From Eledone cirrhosa (taxonomy: Eukaryota), in assembly GCA_964016885.1 (NCBI GenBank), contig OZ024742.1, forward strand, positions 323,702,001 through 323,766,000: a DNA stretch of 64,000 bases. Direction: 5' to 3'. Of this stretch, positions 17,201-34,200 are shown piece after piece (position 1 is the stretch's first letter; each line of letters starts with the position of its first letter). The position numbers and the translations under genes were made by a program. Below the pieces are notes generated by a model. It saw only the letters and a list, made by a program, of their open reading frames with translations, had not been told where the DNA came from and made no database searches.

Positions 17201-20069
17201 CCGCCATCTACAACACACTACCGCCATCTACAACACACTACCGCCATCTGCAACACACTACCGCCATCTACAACACACTACCGCCAGCTACAACACACTA
17301 CCGCCATCTACAACACACTACTTCCATCTCCAACACACTACTTCCATCTACAACACACTACTGCCATCTACAACACACTATCGCCATCTACAACACACTA
17401 CTTCCATCTAGAACACACTACTTCCATCTACAACACTATCGCCATCTACCACACACTACCTCCATCTACAACACACTACTGCCATCTACAACACACTACC
17501 GCCATCTACAACAGACTACTGCCATCTACAACACACTACCACCATCTACAACACACTACCGCCATCTACAACACACTACCGCCATCTACAACAGACTACC
17601 GCCATCTACAACACACTAATGCCATCTACAACACACTACTGCCATCTACAACACAATATCTCCATCTACAACACACTATCTCCATCTACAACACACTACT
17701 GCCATCTACAACACACTACCGCCATCTACCACACACTACCTCCATCTACAACACACTACCTCCATCTACAACACACTACTGCCATCTACAACACACTATC
17801 GCCATCTACAACACACTACTGCCATCTACAACACTCTACCTCCATCTACAACACATTACTTCCATCTACAAAACTCTACCTCCATCTACAACACACTACT
17901 TCCATCTACAACACACTACCTCCATCTACAACACACTACTTCCATCTACAACACACTACTTCCATCTACAACACACTACTTCCATCTACAACACACTACT
18001 TCCATCTACAACACACCACTTCCATCTACAACACACTATCGCCATCTACAACACACTACCGCCATCTACAACACCCTATCGCTATCTACAACACACTACC
18101 GGCATCTACAACACACTACCGCCATCTACAACACACTACTGCCATCTATAACACACTACCTCCATCTACAACACACTACTGCCATCTACAACACACTACT
18201 GCCATCTTCAACACACTACTGCCATCTACAACACACTACCGCCATCTACAACAGACTACCGCCATCTACAACACACTACTGCCATCTATAACACACTACT
18301 GCCATCTACAACACACTACTGCCATCTACAACACACTACTGCCATCTACAACACACTACTGCCATCTACAACAGACTACCGCCATCTACAACACACTACT
18401 GCCATCTACAAAGCACTACTGCCATCTACAACACACTATCGCCATCTACAACAGACTACCGCCATCTACAACACACTAGCGCCATCTTCAACACACTACC
18501 GCCATCTAAAAAACACTACCGCCATCTACAACACACTACCGACATCTAAAAAACACTACCGCCATCTACAACACACTATCGCCATCTACAACACACTACC
18601 GCCATCTATAACACACTACCGCCATCTACAACACACTACCGCCATCTACAACACACTACCGCCATCTACAACACACTACTTCCATCTACAACACACTACT
18701 TCCATCTACAACACACTACATCCATCTACAAGACACTACTGCCATCTACAACACACTATCGCCATCTACAACATACTACTTCCATCTAGAAGACACTACT
18801 TCCATCTACAACACTATCCCCATCTACCACACACTACCTCCATCTACAACACACTACTGCCATCTACAACACACTATCGCCATCTACAACACACTACCAC
18901 CATCTACAACACACTACCGCCATCTACAACACACTACCGCCATCTACAACACACTACCGCCATCTACAACACACTACCGCCATCTACAACACACTACCGC
19001 CATCTACAACACACTACCGCCATCTACAACACACTACTTCCATCTCCAACACACTACTTCCATCTCCAACACACTACTTCCATCTACAACACACTACTGC
19101 CATCTACAACACACTATCGCCATCTACAACACACTACCGCCATCTACAACACACTAATGCCATCTACAACACACTACTGCCATCTACAACACAATATCTC
19201 CATCTACAACACACTATCTCCATCTACAATACACTACTGCCATCTACAACACACTACTGCCATCTACAACACACTACCACCATCTACAACACACTATCGC
19301 CATCTACAACACACTACCGCCATCTACAACACACTAATGCCATCTACAACACACTACTGCCATCTACAACACAATATCTCCATCTACAACACACTATCTC
19401 CATCTACAATACACTACTGCCATCTACAACACACTACTGCCATCTACAACAAACTACCGCCATCTACCACACCTTACCTCCATCTACAACACACTACCTC
19501 CATCTACAACACACTACTGCCATCTACAACACACTATCGCCATCTACAACACACTACTGCCATCTACAACACTCTACCTCCATCTACAACACATTACTTC
19601 CATCTACAAAACTCTACCTCCATCTACAACACACTACTTCCATCTACAACACACTACTTCCATCTACAACACACTACTTCCATCTACAACACACTACTTC
19701 TATATTCAACACACTACTTCCATCTACAACACACTACTTCCATCTACAACACACTACTTCCATCTACAACACACCACTTCCATCTACAACACACTATCGC
19801 CATCTACAACACACTACCGCCATCTACAACACACTATCGCTATCTACAACACACTACCGGCATCTACAACACACTACCGCCATCTACAACACACTACTGC
19901 CATCTACAACACACTACCGCCATCTACAACACACTACCGCCATCTATAACACACTACTGCCATCTACAACACACTACTGCCATCTACAACACACTACTGC
20001 CATCTACAACACACTACTTCCATCTACAACACACTACTGCCATCTATAACACACTACTACCGTCTACAA
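14296..20069. repeat. Two copies of a ~1.9-kb block at a 3896-bp offset (about 14296-16173 / 18192-20069)
   Basis: Shared rare variants TAGCGCC, CCGACAT and GACACTA, the 18-bp monomer (14916/18812) and ATG-slot monomers (15261/19157). Confidence 0.85.
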
Positions 20070-22983
20070 CACACTACCATCTACAACACACTACCTTCAT
20101 CTACAACACACTACCACCATCTACAACACACTACCACCATCTACAACACACTACTGCCATCTACAACACACTACTGCCATCTACAACACACTACCGCCAT
20201 CTACCACACACTATCTCCATCTACAACACACTACCTCCATCTACAACACACTACTGCCATCTACAACACACTACCGCACTATACAACACACTACTGCCAT
20301 CTATAACACACTACTGCCATCTACAACACACTACTGCCATCTACAACACACTACTTTCATTTACAACACACTATCGCCATCTACAAAACACTACTGCCAT
20401 CTACAAAACACTACTGCCATCTAAAACACACTACCACCATCTACAACACACTTCCACCATCTACAACACACTACTGCCATCTACAACACGTTACCTCCAT
20501 CTGCAACACACTACTGCCATCTACACCACACTACCTCCATCTACAACACACTACCGCCGTCTAAAACACACTACAGCCATCTACAACACACTACCGCCAT
20601 CTACAACACACTACTGCCATCTACACCACACTACCGCCATCTACAACACACTACTGCCATCTACAACACACTACCGCCATCTACAACACACTACCGCCAT
20701 CTACAACACACTACCGCCATCTACAACACATTACCTCCATCTACAACACACTACTGCCATCTACACCACACTACCTCCATCTACAACACACTACCGCCAT
20801 CTAAAACACACTACAGCCATCTACAACACACTACCGCCATCTACAACACACTACTGCCATCTACAACGCACTGCCGCCATCTACATCGCACTACCGCCAT
20901 CTACAAAGCGCTACTGCCATCTACAACACACTACCGCCATCTACAACACACTACTGCCATCTACAACACACTATCGCCATCTACAACACACTACCACCAT
21001 CTACAACACACTACCGCCATCTACAACACACTACCGCCATCTACAACACACTACCGCCATCTACAACACACTACCGCCATCTACAACACACTACCGCCAT
21101 CTACAACACACTACTTCCATCTCCAACACACTACTTCCATCTCCAACACACGACTTCCATCTACAACACACTACTGCCATCTACAACACACTATCGCCAT
21201 CTACAACACACTACCGCCATCTACAACACACTAATGCCATCTACAACACACTACTGCCATCTACAACACAATATCTCCATCTACAACACACTATCTCCAT
21301 CTACAATACACTACTGCCATCTACAACACACTACTGCCATCTACAACACACTACCACCATCTACAACACACTATCGCCATCTACAACACACTACCGCCAT
21401 CTACAACACACTAATGCCATCTACAACACACTACTGCCATCTACAACACAATATCTCCATCTACAACACACTATCTCCATCTACAATACACTACTGCCAT
21501 CTACAACACACTACTGCCATCTACAACAAACTACCGCCATCTACCACACCTTACCTCCATCTACAACACACTACCTCCATCTACAACACACTACTGCCAT
21601 CTACAACACACTATCGCCATCTACAACACACTACTGCCATCTACAACACTCTACCTCCATCTACAACACATTACTTCCATCTACAAAACTCTACCTCCAT
21701 CTACAACACACTACTTCCATCTACAACACACTACTTCCATCTACAACACACTACTTCCATCTACAACACACTACTTCCATCTACAATACACTACTTCCAT
21801 CTACAACACACTACTTCTATATTCAACACACTACTTCCATCTACAACACACTACTTCCATCTACAACACACTACTTCCATCTACAACACACCACTTCCAT
21901 CTACAACACACTATCGCCATCTACAACACACTACCGCCATCTACAACACACTATCGCTATCTACAACACACTACCGGCATCTACAACACACTACCGGCAT
22001 CTACAACACACTACCGCCATCTACAACACACTACTGCCATCTACAACACACTACCGCCATCTACAACACACTACCGCCATCTATAACACACTACTGCCAT
22101 CTACAACACACTACTGCCATCTACAACACACTACTGCCATCTACAACACACTACTTCCATCTACAACACACTACTGCCATCTATAACACACTACTACCGT
22201 CTACAACACACTACCATCTACAACACACTACCTTCATCTACAACACACTACCACCATCTACAACACACTACCACCATCTACAACACACTACTGCCATCTA
22301 CAACACACTACTGCCATCTACAACACACTACCGCCATCTACCACACACTATCTCCATCTACAACACACTACCTCCATCTACAACACACTACTGCCATCTA
22401 CAACACACTACCGCACTATACAACACACTACTGCCATCTACAACACACTACTGCCATCTACAACACACTACTGCCATCTACAACACACTACTTTCATTTA
22501 CAACACACTATCGCCATCTACAAAACACTACTGCCATCTAAAACACACTACCACCATCTACAACACACTTCCACCATCTACAACACACTACTGCCATCTA
22601 CAACACGTTACCTCCATCTGCAACACACTACTGCCATCTACATCACACTACCTCCATCTACAACACACTACCGCCGTCTAAAACACACTACAGCCATCTA
22701 CAACACACTACCGCCATCTACAACACACTACTGCCATCTACACCACACTACCTCCATCTACAACACACTACCGCCATCTACAACACACTACCGCCATCTA
22801 TAACGCACTGCCGCCATCTATATCGCACTACCGCCATCTACAAAGCGCAACTGCCATCTACAACACACTACTGCCATCTACAACACACTATCGCCATCTA
22901 CCACACACTATCGCCATCTACAACACACTACTGCCATCTACAACACACTACTTCCATCTACAACACACTACTTCCATCTACAA

Positions 22984-24019
22984 CACACTACTGCCATCTA
23001 CAACACATTACCTCCATCTACAACACACTACTGCCATCTACACCACACTACCTCCATCTACAACACACTACCGCCATCTAAAACACACTACAGCCATCTA
23101 CAACACACTACCGCCATCTACAACACACTACTGCCATCTACAACGCACTGCCGCCATCTACATCGCACTACCGCCATCTACAAAGCGCTACTGCCATCTA
23201 CAACACACTACCGCCATCTACAACACACTACCGCCATCTACAACACACTACCGCCATCTACAACACACTACCGCCATCTACAACACACTACCGCCATCTA
23301 CAACACACTACCGCCAGCTACAACACACTACCGCCATCTACAACACACTACTTCCATCTCCAACACACTACTTCCATCTACAACACACTACTGCCATCTA
23401 CAACACACTATCGCCATCTACAACACACTACTTCCATCTAGAACACACTACTTCCATCTACAACACTATCGCCATCTACCACACACTACCTCCATCTACA
23501 ACACACTACTGCCATCTACAACACATTACCTCCATCTACAACACACTACTGCCATCTACACCACACTACCTCCATCTACAACACACTACCGCCATCTAAA
23601 ACACACTACAGCCATCTACAACACACTACCGCCATCTACAACACACTACTGCCATCTACAACGCACTGCCGCCATCTACATCGCACTACCGCCATCTACA
23701 AAGCGCTACTGCCATCTACAACACACTACCGCCATCTACAACACACTACCGCCATCTACAACACACTACCGCCATCTACAACACACTACCGCCATCTACA
23801 ACACACTACCGCCATCTACAACACACTACCGCCAGCTACAACACACTACCGCCATCTACAACACACTACTTCCATCTCCAACACACTACTTCCATCTACA
23901 ACACACTACTGCCATCTACAACACACTATCGCCATCTACAACACACTACTTCCATCTAGAACACACTACTTCCATCTACAACACTATCGCCATCTACCAC
24001 ACACTACCTCCATCTACAA
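22984..24019. repeat. Tandem duplication of a 518-bp block (26 monomers, one of 18 bp)
   Basis: CACATTACCT at 23004/23522, the CCAGCTA variant and 18-bp monomers at 23464/23982, all 518 bp apart. Confidence 0.88.
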
Positions 24020-27000
24020 CACACTACTGCCATCTACAACACACTACCACCATCTACAACACACTACCGCCATCTACAACACACTACCGCCATCTACAAC
24101 AGACTACCGCCATCTACAACACACTAATGCCATCTACAACACACTACTGCCATCTACAACACAATATCTCCATCTACAACACACTACTTCTATATACAAC
24201 ACACTACTTCCATCTACAACACACTACTTCCATCTACAACACACCACTTCCATCTACAACACACCACTTCCATCTACAACACACTATCGCCATCTACAAC
24301 ACACTACCGCCATCTACAACACCCTATCGCTATCTACAACACACTACCGGCATCTACAACACACTACCGCCATCTACAACACACTACTGCCATCTACAAC
24401 ACACTACCGCCATCTACAACACACTACCGCCATCTATAACACACTACTGCCATCTACAACACACTACTGCCATCTACAACACACTACTGCCATCTACAAC
24501 ACACTACCTCCATCTACAACATACTACTGCCATCTATAACACACTACTACCGTCTATAACACACTACCATCTACAACACACTACCTTCATCTACAACACA
24601 CTACCACCATCTACAACACACTACCACCATCTACAACACACTACTGCCATCTACAACATACTACTGCCATCTACAACACAATATCTCCATCTACAACACA
24701 CTATCTCCATCTACAATACACTACTGCCATCTACAATACACTACTGCCATCTACAACACACTACTGCCATCTACAACACACTACCACCATCTACAACACA
24801 CTATCGCCATCTACAACACACTACCGCCATCTACAACACACTAATGCCATCTACAACACACTACTGCCATCTACAACACAATATCTCCATCTACAACACA
24901 CTATCTCCATCTACAATACACTACTGCCATCTACAACACACTACTGCCATCTACAACAAACTACCGCCATCTACCACACCTTACCTCCATCTACAACACA
25001 CTACCTCCATCTACAACACACTACTGCCATCTACAACACACTATCGCCATCTACAACACACTACTGCCATCTACAACACTCTACCTCCATCTACAACACA
25101 TTACTTCCATCTACAAAACTCTACCTCCATCTACAACACACTACTTCCATCTACAACACACTACTTCCATCTACAACACACTACTTCCATCTACAACACA
25201 CTACTTCTATATTCAACACACTACTTCCATCTACAACACACTACTTCCATCTACAACACACTACTTCCATCTACAACACACCACTTCCATCTACAACACA
25301 CTATCGCCATCTACAACACACTACCGCCATCTACAACACACTATCGCTATCTACAACACACTACCGGCATCTACAACACACTACCGCCATCTACAACACA
25401 CTACTGCCATCTACAACACACTACCGCCATCTACAACACACTACCGCCATCTATAACACACTACTGCCATCTACAACACACTACTGCCATCTACAACACA
25501 CTACTGCCATCTACAACACACTACTTCCATCTACAACACACTACTGCCATCTATAACACACTACTACCGTCTACAACACACTACCATCTACAACACACTA
25601 CCTTCATCTACAACACACTACCACCATCTACAACACACTACCACCATCTACAACACACTACTGCCATCTACAACACACTACTGCCATCTACAACACACTA
25701 CCGCCATCTACCACACACTATCTCCATCTACAACACACTACCTCCATCTACAACACACTACTGCCATCTACAACACACTATCGCACTATACAACACACTA
25801 CTGCCATCTACAACACACTACTGCCATCTACAACACACTACTGCCATCTACAACACACTACTTTCATTTACAACACACTATCGCCATCTACAAAACACTA
25901 CTGCCATCTACAAAACACTACTGCCATCTAAAACACACTACCACCATCTACAACACACTTCCACCATCTACAACACACTACTGCCATCTACAACACGTTA
26001 CCTCCATCTGCAACACACTACTGCCATCTACACCACACTACCTCCATCTACAACACACTACCGCCGTCTAAAACACACTACAGCCATCTACAACACACTA
26101 CCGCCATCTACAACACACTACTGCCATCTACACCACACTACCTCCATCTACAACACACTACCGCCATCTACAACACACTACCGCCATCTATAACGCACTG
26201 CCGCCATCTATATCGCACTACCGCCATCTACAAAGCGCAACTGCCATCTACAACACACTACTGCCATCTACAACAGACTATCGCCATCTACCACACACTA
26301 TCGCCATCTACAACACACTACTGCCATCTACAACACACTACTTCCATCTACAACACACTACTTCCATCTACAACACACTACTGCCATCTACAACACATTA
26401 CCTCCATCTACAACACACTACTGCCATCTACACCACACTACCTCCATCTACAACACACTACCGCCATCTAAAACACACTACAGCCATCTACAACACACTA
26501 CCGCCATCTACAACACACTACTGCCATCTACAACGCACTGCCGCCATCTACATCGCACTACCGCCATCTACAAAGCGCTACTGCCATCTACAACACACTA
26601 CCGCCATCTACAACACACTACCGCCATCTACAACACACTACCGCCATCTACAACACACTACCGCCAGCTACAACACACTACCGCCATCTACAACACACTA
26701 CTTCCATCTCCAACACACTACTTCCATCTACAACACACTACTGCCATCTACAACACACTATCGCCATCTACAACACACTACTTCCATCTAGAACACACTA
26801 CTTCCATCTACAACACACTACTTCCATCTACAACACTATCGCCATCTACCACACACTACCTCCATCTACAACACACTACTGCCATCTACAACACACTACC
26901 GCCATCTACAACAGACTACTGCCATCTACAACACACTACCACCATCTACAACACACTACCGCCATCTACAACACACTACCGCCATCTACAACAGACTACC

Positions 27001-27149
27001 GCCATCTACAACACACTAATGCCATCTACAACACACTACTGCCATCTACAACACAATATCTCCATCTACAACACACTACTTCTATATACAACACACTACT
27101 TCCATCTACAACACACTACTTCCATCTACAACACACTACTTCCATCTAC

Positions 27150-30145
27150 AACACACCACTTCCATCTACAACACACTATCGCCATCTACAACACACTGCC
27201 GCCATCTACAACACCCTATCGCTATCTACAACACACTACCGGCATCTACAACACACTACCGCCATCTACAACACACTACTGCCATCTACAACACACTACC
27301 GCCATCTACAACACACTACCGCCATCTATAACACACTACTGCCATCTACAACACACTACTGCCATCTACAACACACTACTGCCATCTACAACACACTACC
27401 TCCATCTACAACATACTACTGCCATCTATAACACACTACTACTGTCTACAACACACTACCATCTACAACACACTACCTTCATCTACAACACACTACCACC
27501 ATCTACAACACACTACCACCATCTACAACACACTACTGCCATCTACAACACACTACTGCCATCTACAACACACTACCGCCATCTACCACACACTATCTCC
27601 ATCTACAACACACTACCTCCATCTACAACACACTACTGCCATCTACAACACACTACTTCCATCTACAACACACTACCGCACTATACAACACACTACTGCC
27701 ATCTACAACACACTACTGCCATCTACAACACACTACTGCCATCTACAACACACTACTTTCATTTACAACACACTATCGCCATCTACAAAACACTACTGCC
27801 ATCTACAAAACACTACTGCCATCTAAAACACACTACCACCATCTACAACACACTACCACCATCTACAACACACTACTGCCATCTACAACACGTTACCTCC
27901 ATCTGCAACACACTACTGCCATCTACACCACACTACCTCTATCTACAACACACTACCGCCGTCTAAAACACACTACAGCCATCTACAACACACTACTGCC
28001 ATCTACACCACACTACCTCCATCTACAACACACTACCGCCATCTACAACACACTACCGCCATCTACAACGCACTGCCGCCATCTATATCGCACTACCGCC
28101 ATCTACAAAGCGCAACTGCCATCTACAACACACTACTGCCATCTACAACACACTATCGCCATCTACCACACACTACTTCCATCTACAACACACTACTGCC
28201 ATCTACAACACATTACCTCCATCTACAACACACTACTGCCATCTACACCACACTACCTCCATCTACAACACACTACCGCCATCTAAAACACAAAACAGCC
28301 ATCTACAACACACTACTGCCATCTACAACGCACTGCCGCCATCTACATCGCACTACCGCCATCTACATCGCACTACCGCCATCTACAACACACTACCGCC
28401 ATCTACAACACACTACCGCCATCTACAACCCACTACCGCCATCTACAACACACTACCGCCATCTACAACACACTACCGCCATCTACAACACACTACCGCC
28501 ATCTACAACACACTACTTCCATCTCCAACACACTACTGCCATCTACAACACACTATCGCCATCTACAACACACTACTTCCATCTAGAACACACTACTTCC
28601 ATCTACAACACACCACTTCCATCTACAACACACTATCGCCATCTACAACACACTACCGCCATCTACAACACCCTATCGCTATCTACAACACACTACCGGC
28701 ATCTACAACACACTACCGCCATCTACAACACACTACTGCCATCTACGACACACTACCGCCATCTACAACACACTACCGCCATCTATAACACACTACTGCC
28801 ATCTACAACACACTACTGCCATCTACAACACACTACTGCCATCTACAACACACTACCTCCATCTACAACATACTACTGCCATCTATAACACACTACTACC
28901 GTCTACAACACACTACCATCTACAACACACTACCTTCATCTACAACACACTACCACCATCTACAACACACTACCACCATCTACAACACACTACTGCCATC
29001 TACAACACACTAATGCCATCTACAACACACTACCGCCATCTACCACACACTATCTCCATCTACAACACACTACCTCCATCTACAACACACTACTGCCATC
29101 TACAACACACTACTTCCATCTACAACACACTACCGCACTATACAACACACTACTGCCATCTACAACACACTACTGCCATCTACAACACACTACTGCCATC
29201 TACAACACACTACTTTCATTTACAACACACTATCGCCATCTACAAAACACTACTGCCATCTACAAAACACTACTGCCATCTAAAACACACTACCACCATC
29301 TACAACACACTACCACCATCTACAACACACTACTGCCATCTACAACACGTTACCTCCATCTGCAACACACTACTGCCATCTACACCACACTACCTCTATC
29401 TACAACACACTACCGCCGTCTAAAACACACTACAGCCATCTACAACACACTGCCGCCATCTACAACACACTACTGCCATCTACACCACACTACCTCCATC
29501 TACAACACACTACCGCCATCTACAACACACTACCGCCATCTACAACGCACTGCCGCCATCTATATCGCACTACCGCCATCTACAAAGCGCAACTGCCATC
29601 TACAACACACTACTGCCATCTACAACACACTATCGCCATCTACCACACACTACTTCCATCTACAACACACTACTGCCATCTACAACACATTACCTCCATC
29701 TACAACACACTACTGCCATCTACACCACACTACCTCCATCTACAACACACTACCGCCATCTAAAACACAAAACAGCCATCTACAACACACTACCGCCATC
29801 TACAACACACTACTGCCATCTACAACGCACTGCCGCCATCTACATCGCACTACCGCCATCTACAAAGCGCTACTGCCATCTACAACACACTACCGCCATC
29901 TACAACACACTACCGCCATCTACAACACACTACCGCCATCTACAACCCACTACCGCCATCTACAACACACTACCGCCATCTACAACACACTACCGCCATC
30001 TACAACACACTACCGCCATCTACAACACACTACTTCCATCTCCAACACACTACTTCCATCTACAACACACTACTGCCATCTACAACACACTATCGCCATC
30101 TACAACACACTACTTCCATCTAGAACACACTACTTCCATCTACAA
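27150..30145. repeat. Tandem duplication of a ~1.46-1.5 kb block
   Basis: CACCCTATCGCT at 27212/28669 and 17-bp monomers at 27452/28909 (offset 1457). The private variant CACAAAACAG occurs once in each copy. Boundaries are approximate. Confidence 0.8.
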
Positions 30146-31280
30146 CACTATCGCCATCTACCACACACTACCTCCATCTACAACACACTACTGCCATCTA
30201 CAACACACTACCGCCATCTACAACAGACTACTGCCATCTACAACACACTACCACCATCTACAACACACTACCGCCATCTACAACACACTACCGCCATCTA
30301 CAACAGACTACCGCCATCTACAACACACTAATGCCATCTACAACACAATATCTCCATCTACAACACACTATCTCCATCTACAACACACTACTGCCATCTA
30401 CAACACACTACCGCCATCTACCACACACTACCTCCATCTACAACACACTACCTCCATCTACAACACACTACTGCCATCTACAACACACTATCGCCATCTA
30501 CAACACACTACTGCCATCTACAACACTCTACCTCCATCTACAACACATTACTTCCATCTACAAAACTCTACCTCCATCTACAACACACTACTTCCATCTA
30601 CAACACACTACCTCCATCTACAACACACTACTTCCATCTACAACACACTACTTCTATATACAACACACTACTTCCATCTACAACACACTACTTCCATCTA
30701 CAACACACTACTTCCATCTACAACACACCACTTCCATCTACAACACACTATCGCCATCTACAACACACTACCGCCATCTACAACACACTATCGCTATCTA
30801 CAACACACTACCGGCATCTACAACACACTACCGGCATCTACAACACACTACCGCCATCTACAACACACTACTGCCATCTACAACACACTACCGCCATCTA
30901 CAACACACTACCGCCATCTATAACACACTACTGCCATCTACAACACACTACTGCCATCTACAACACACTACTGCCATCTACAACACACTACCTCCATCTA
31001 CAACACACTACTGCCATCTATAACACACTACTACCGTCTACAACACACTACCATCTACAACACACTACCTTCATCTACAACACACTACCACCATCTACAA
31101 CACACTACCACCATCTACAACACACTACTGCCATCTACAACACACTACTGCCATCTACAACACACTACCGCCATCTACCACACACTATCTCCATCTACAA
31201 CACACTACCTCCATCTACAACACACTACTGCCATCTACAACACACTACTTCCATCTACAACACACTACCGCACTATACAA

Positions 31281-34200
31281 CACACTACTGCCATCTACAA
31301 CACACTACTGCCATCTACAACACACTACTGCCATCTACAACACACTACTTTCATTTACAACACACTATCGCCATCTACAAAACACTACTGCCATCTACAA
31401 AACACTACTGCCATTTAAAACACACTACCACCATCTACAACACACTACCACCATCTACAACACACTACTGCCATCTACAACACGTTACCTCCATCTACAA
31501 CACACTACTGCCATCTACACCACACTACCTCCATCTACAACACACTACCGCCGTCTAAAACACACTACAGCCATCTACAACACACTACCGCCATCTACAA
31601 CACACTACTGCCATCTACACCACACTACCTCCATCTACAACACACTACCGCCATCTACAACAGACTACCGCCATCTACAACGCACTGCCGCCATCTATAT
31701 CGCACTACCGCCATCTACAAAGCGCAACTGCCATCTACAACACACTACTGCCATCTACAACACACTATCGCCATCTACCACACACTATCGCCATCTACAA
31801 CACACTACTGCCATCTACAACACACTACTTCCATCTACAACACACTACTTCCATCTACAACACACTACTTCCATCTACAACACACTACTGCCATCTACAA
31901 CACATTACCTCCATCTACAACACACTACTGCCATCTACACCACACTACCTCCATCTACAACACACTACCGCCATCTAAAACACACTACAGCCATCTACAA
32001 CACACTAACGCCATCTACAACACACTACTGCCATCTACAACGCACTGCCGCCATCTACATCGCACTACCGCCATCTACAAAGCGCTACTGCCATGTACAA
32101 CACACTATCGCCATCTACAACACACTATCGCCATCTACAACACACTACTGCCATCTACAACACACTACTGCCATCTACAACACACTACTTTCATTTACAA
32201 AAGACTATCGCCATCTACAAAACACTACTGCCATCTACAACACACTACCTCCATCTACAACAAACTACTTCCATCTACAACACACTACCGCCGTCTACAA
32301 CGCACTCCAGCCATCTACAACGCAGTATCGGCATCCACAACACACTACCACCATCTACAACACACTACCGCCATCTACAACACACTACTGCCATCTACAA
32401 CACACTACTGCCATCTACAACACACTACCGCCATCTACCACACACTATCTCCATCTACAACACACTACCTCCATCTACAACACACTACTGCCATCTACAA
32501 CACACTACTTCCATCTACAACACACTACCGCCCTATACAACACACTACTGCCATCTACAACACACTACTGCCATCTACAACACACTACTGCCATCTACAA
32601 CACAGTACTTTCATTTACAACACACTATCGCCATCTACAAAACACTATTGCCGTCTACAAAACACTACCGCACTATACAACACACTACTGCCATCTACAA
32701 CACACTACTGCCATCTACCACACACTATCTCCATCTACAACACACTACTGCCATCTACAACACACTACTTCCATCTACAACACACTACCGCACTATACAA
32801 CACACTACTGCCATCTACAACACACTACTGCCATCTACAACACACTACTGCCATCTACAACACACTACTGCCATCTACAACACACTACTTTCATTTACAA
32901 CACACTATCGCCATCTACAAAACACTTCTTCCATCTACAACACACTACCGCACTATACAACACACTACTGCCATCTACAACACACTACTGCCATCTACAA
33001 CACACTACTGCCATCTACAACACACTACTGCCATCTACAACACACTACTGCCATCTACAACACACTACTTTCATTTACAACACACTACCTCCATCTACAA
33101 CACACTACTGCCATCTACAACACACTACTGCCATCTACAACACACTACTGCCATCTAAAACACAATACCACCATCTACAACATACTACCTCCATCTACAA
33201 CACACTACTCCCATCTACAACACACTACTGCCGTCTACAACGCACTCCCGCCATCTACAATACACTATCGCCATCTACAACACACTACCGTTATCTACAA
33301 CACACTACTTCCATCTACAACACACTTCCGCCATCTACTACACACTACCTCCATCTACAACACACTACTGCCATCTACAACACCCTACCGCCATCTACAA
33401 CACACTACTGCCATCTACAACACACTTCGCCATCTACAACACACTACCTCCATCTACAATACACTACTGCCATCTACAACACACTTCCGCCATCTACTAC
33501 ACACTACCTCCATCTACAACACACTACTGCCATCTACAACACACTACCGCCATCTACAATACACTACTGCCATCTACAACACACTTCCGCCATCTACTAC
33601 ACACTACCTCCATCTACAACACACTACTGCCATCTACAACACACTACTGCCATCTACAACACACTACTGCCATCTACAACACAATTCCGCCATCTACCAC
33701 ATACTACCTCCATCTACAACACACTACTGCCATCTACAACACACTACTGCCATCTTCAACACACTACTGCCATCTACAACACACTACCGCCATCTACAAC
33801 ACACTACTGCCATCTATAACACACTACTGCCATCTACAACACACTACTGCCATCTACAACACACTACTGCCATCTACAACACACTACTGCCATCTACAAC
33901 AGACTACCGCCATCTACAACACACTAATGCCATCTACAAAGCACTACTGCCATCTACAACACACTATCGCCATCTACAACACACTACCGCCATCTATAAC
34001 ACACTACCGCCATCTACAACACACTACCGCCATCTACAACACACTACCACCATCTACAACACACTACTTCCATCTACAACACACTACTTCCATCTACAAC
34101 ACACTACATCCATCTACAACACACTACTGCCATCTACAACACACTATCGCCATCTACAACATACTACTTCCATCTAGAACACACTACTTCCATCTACAAC

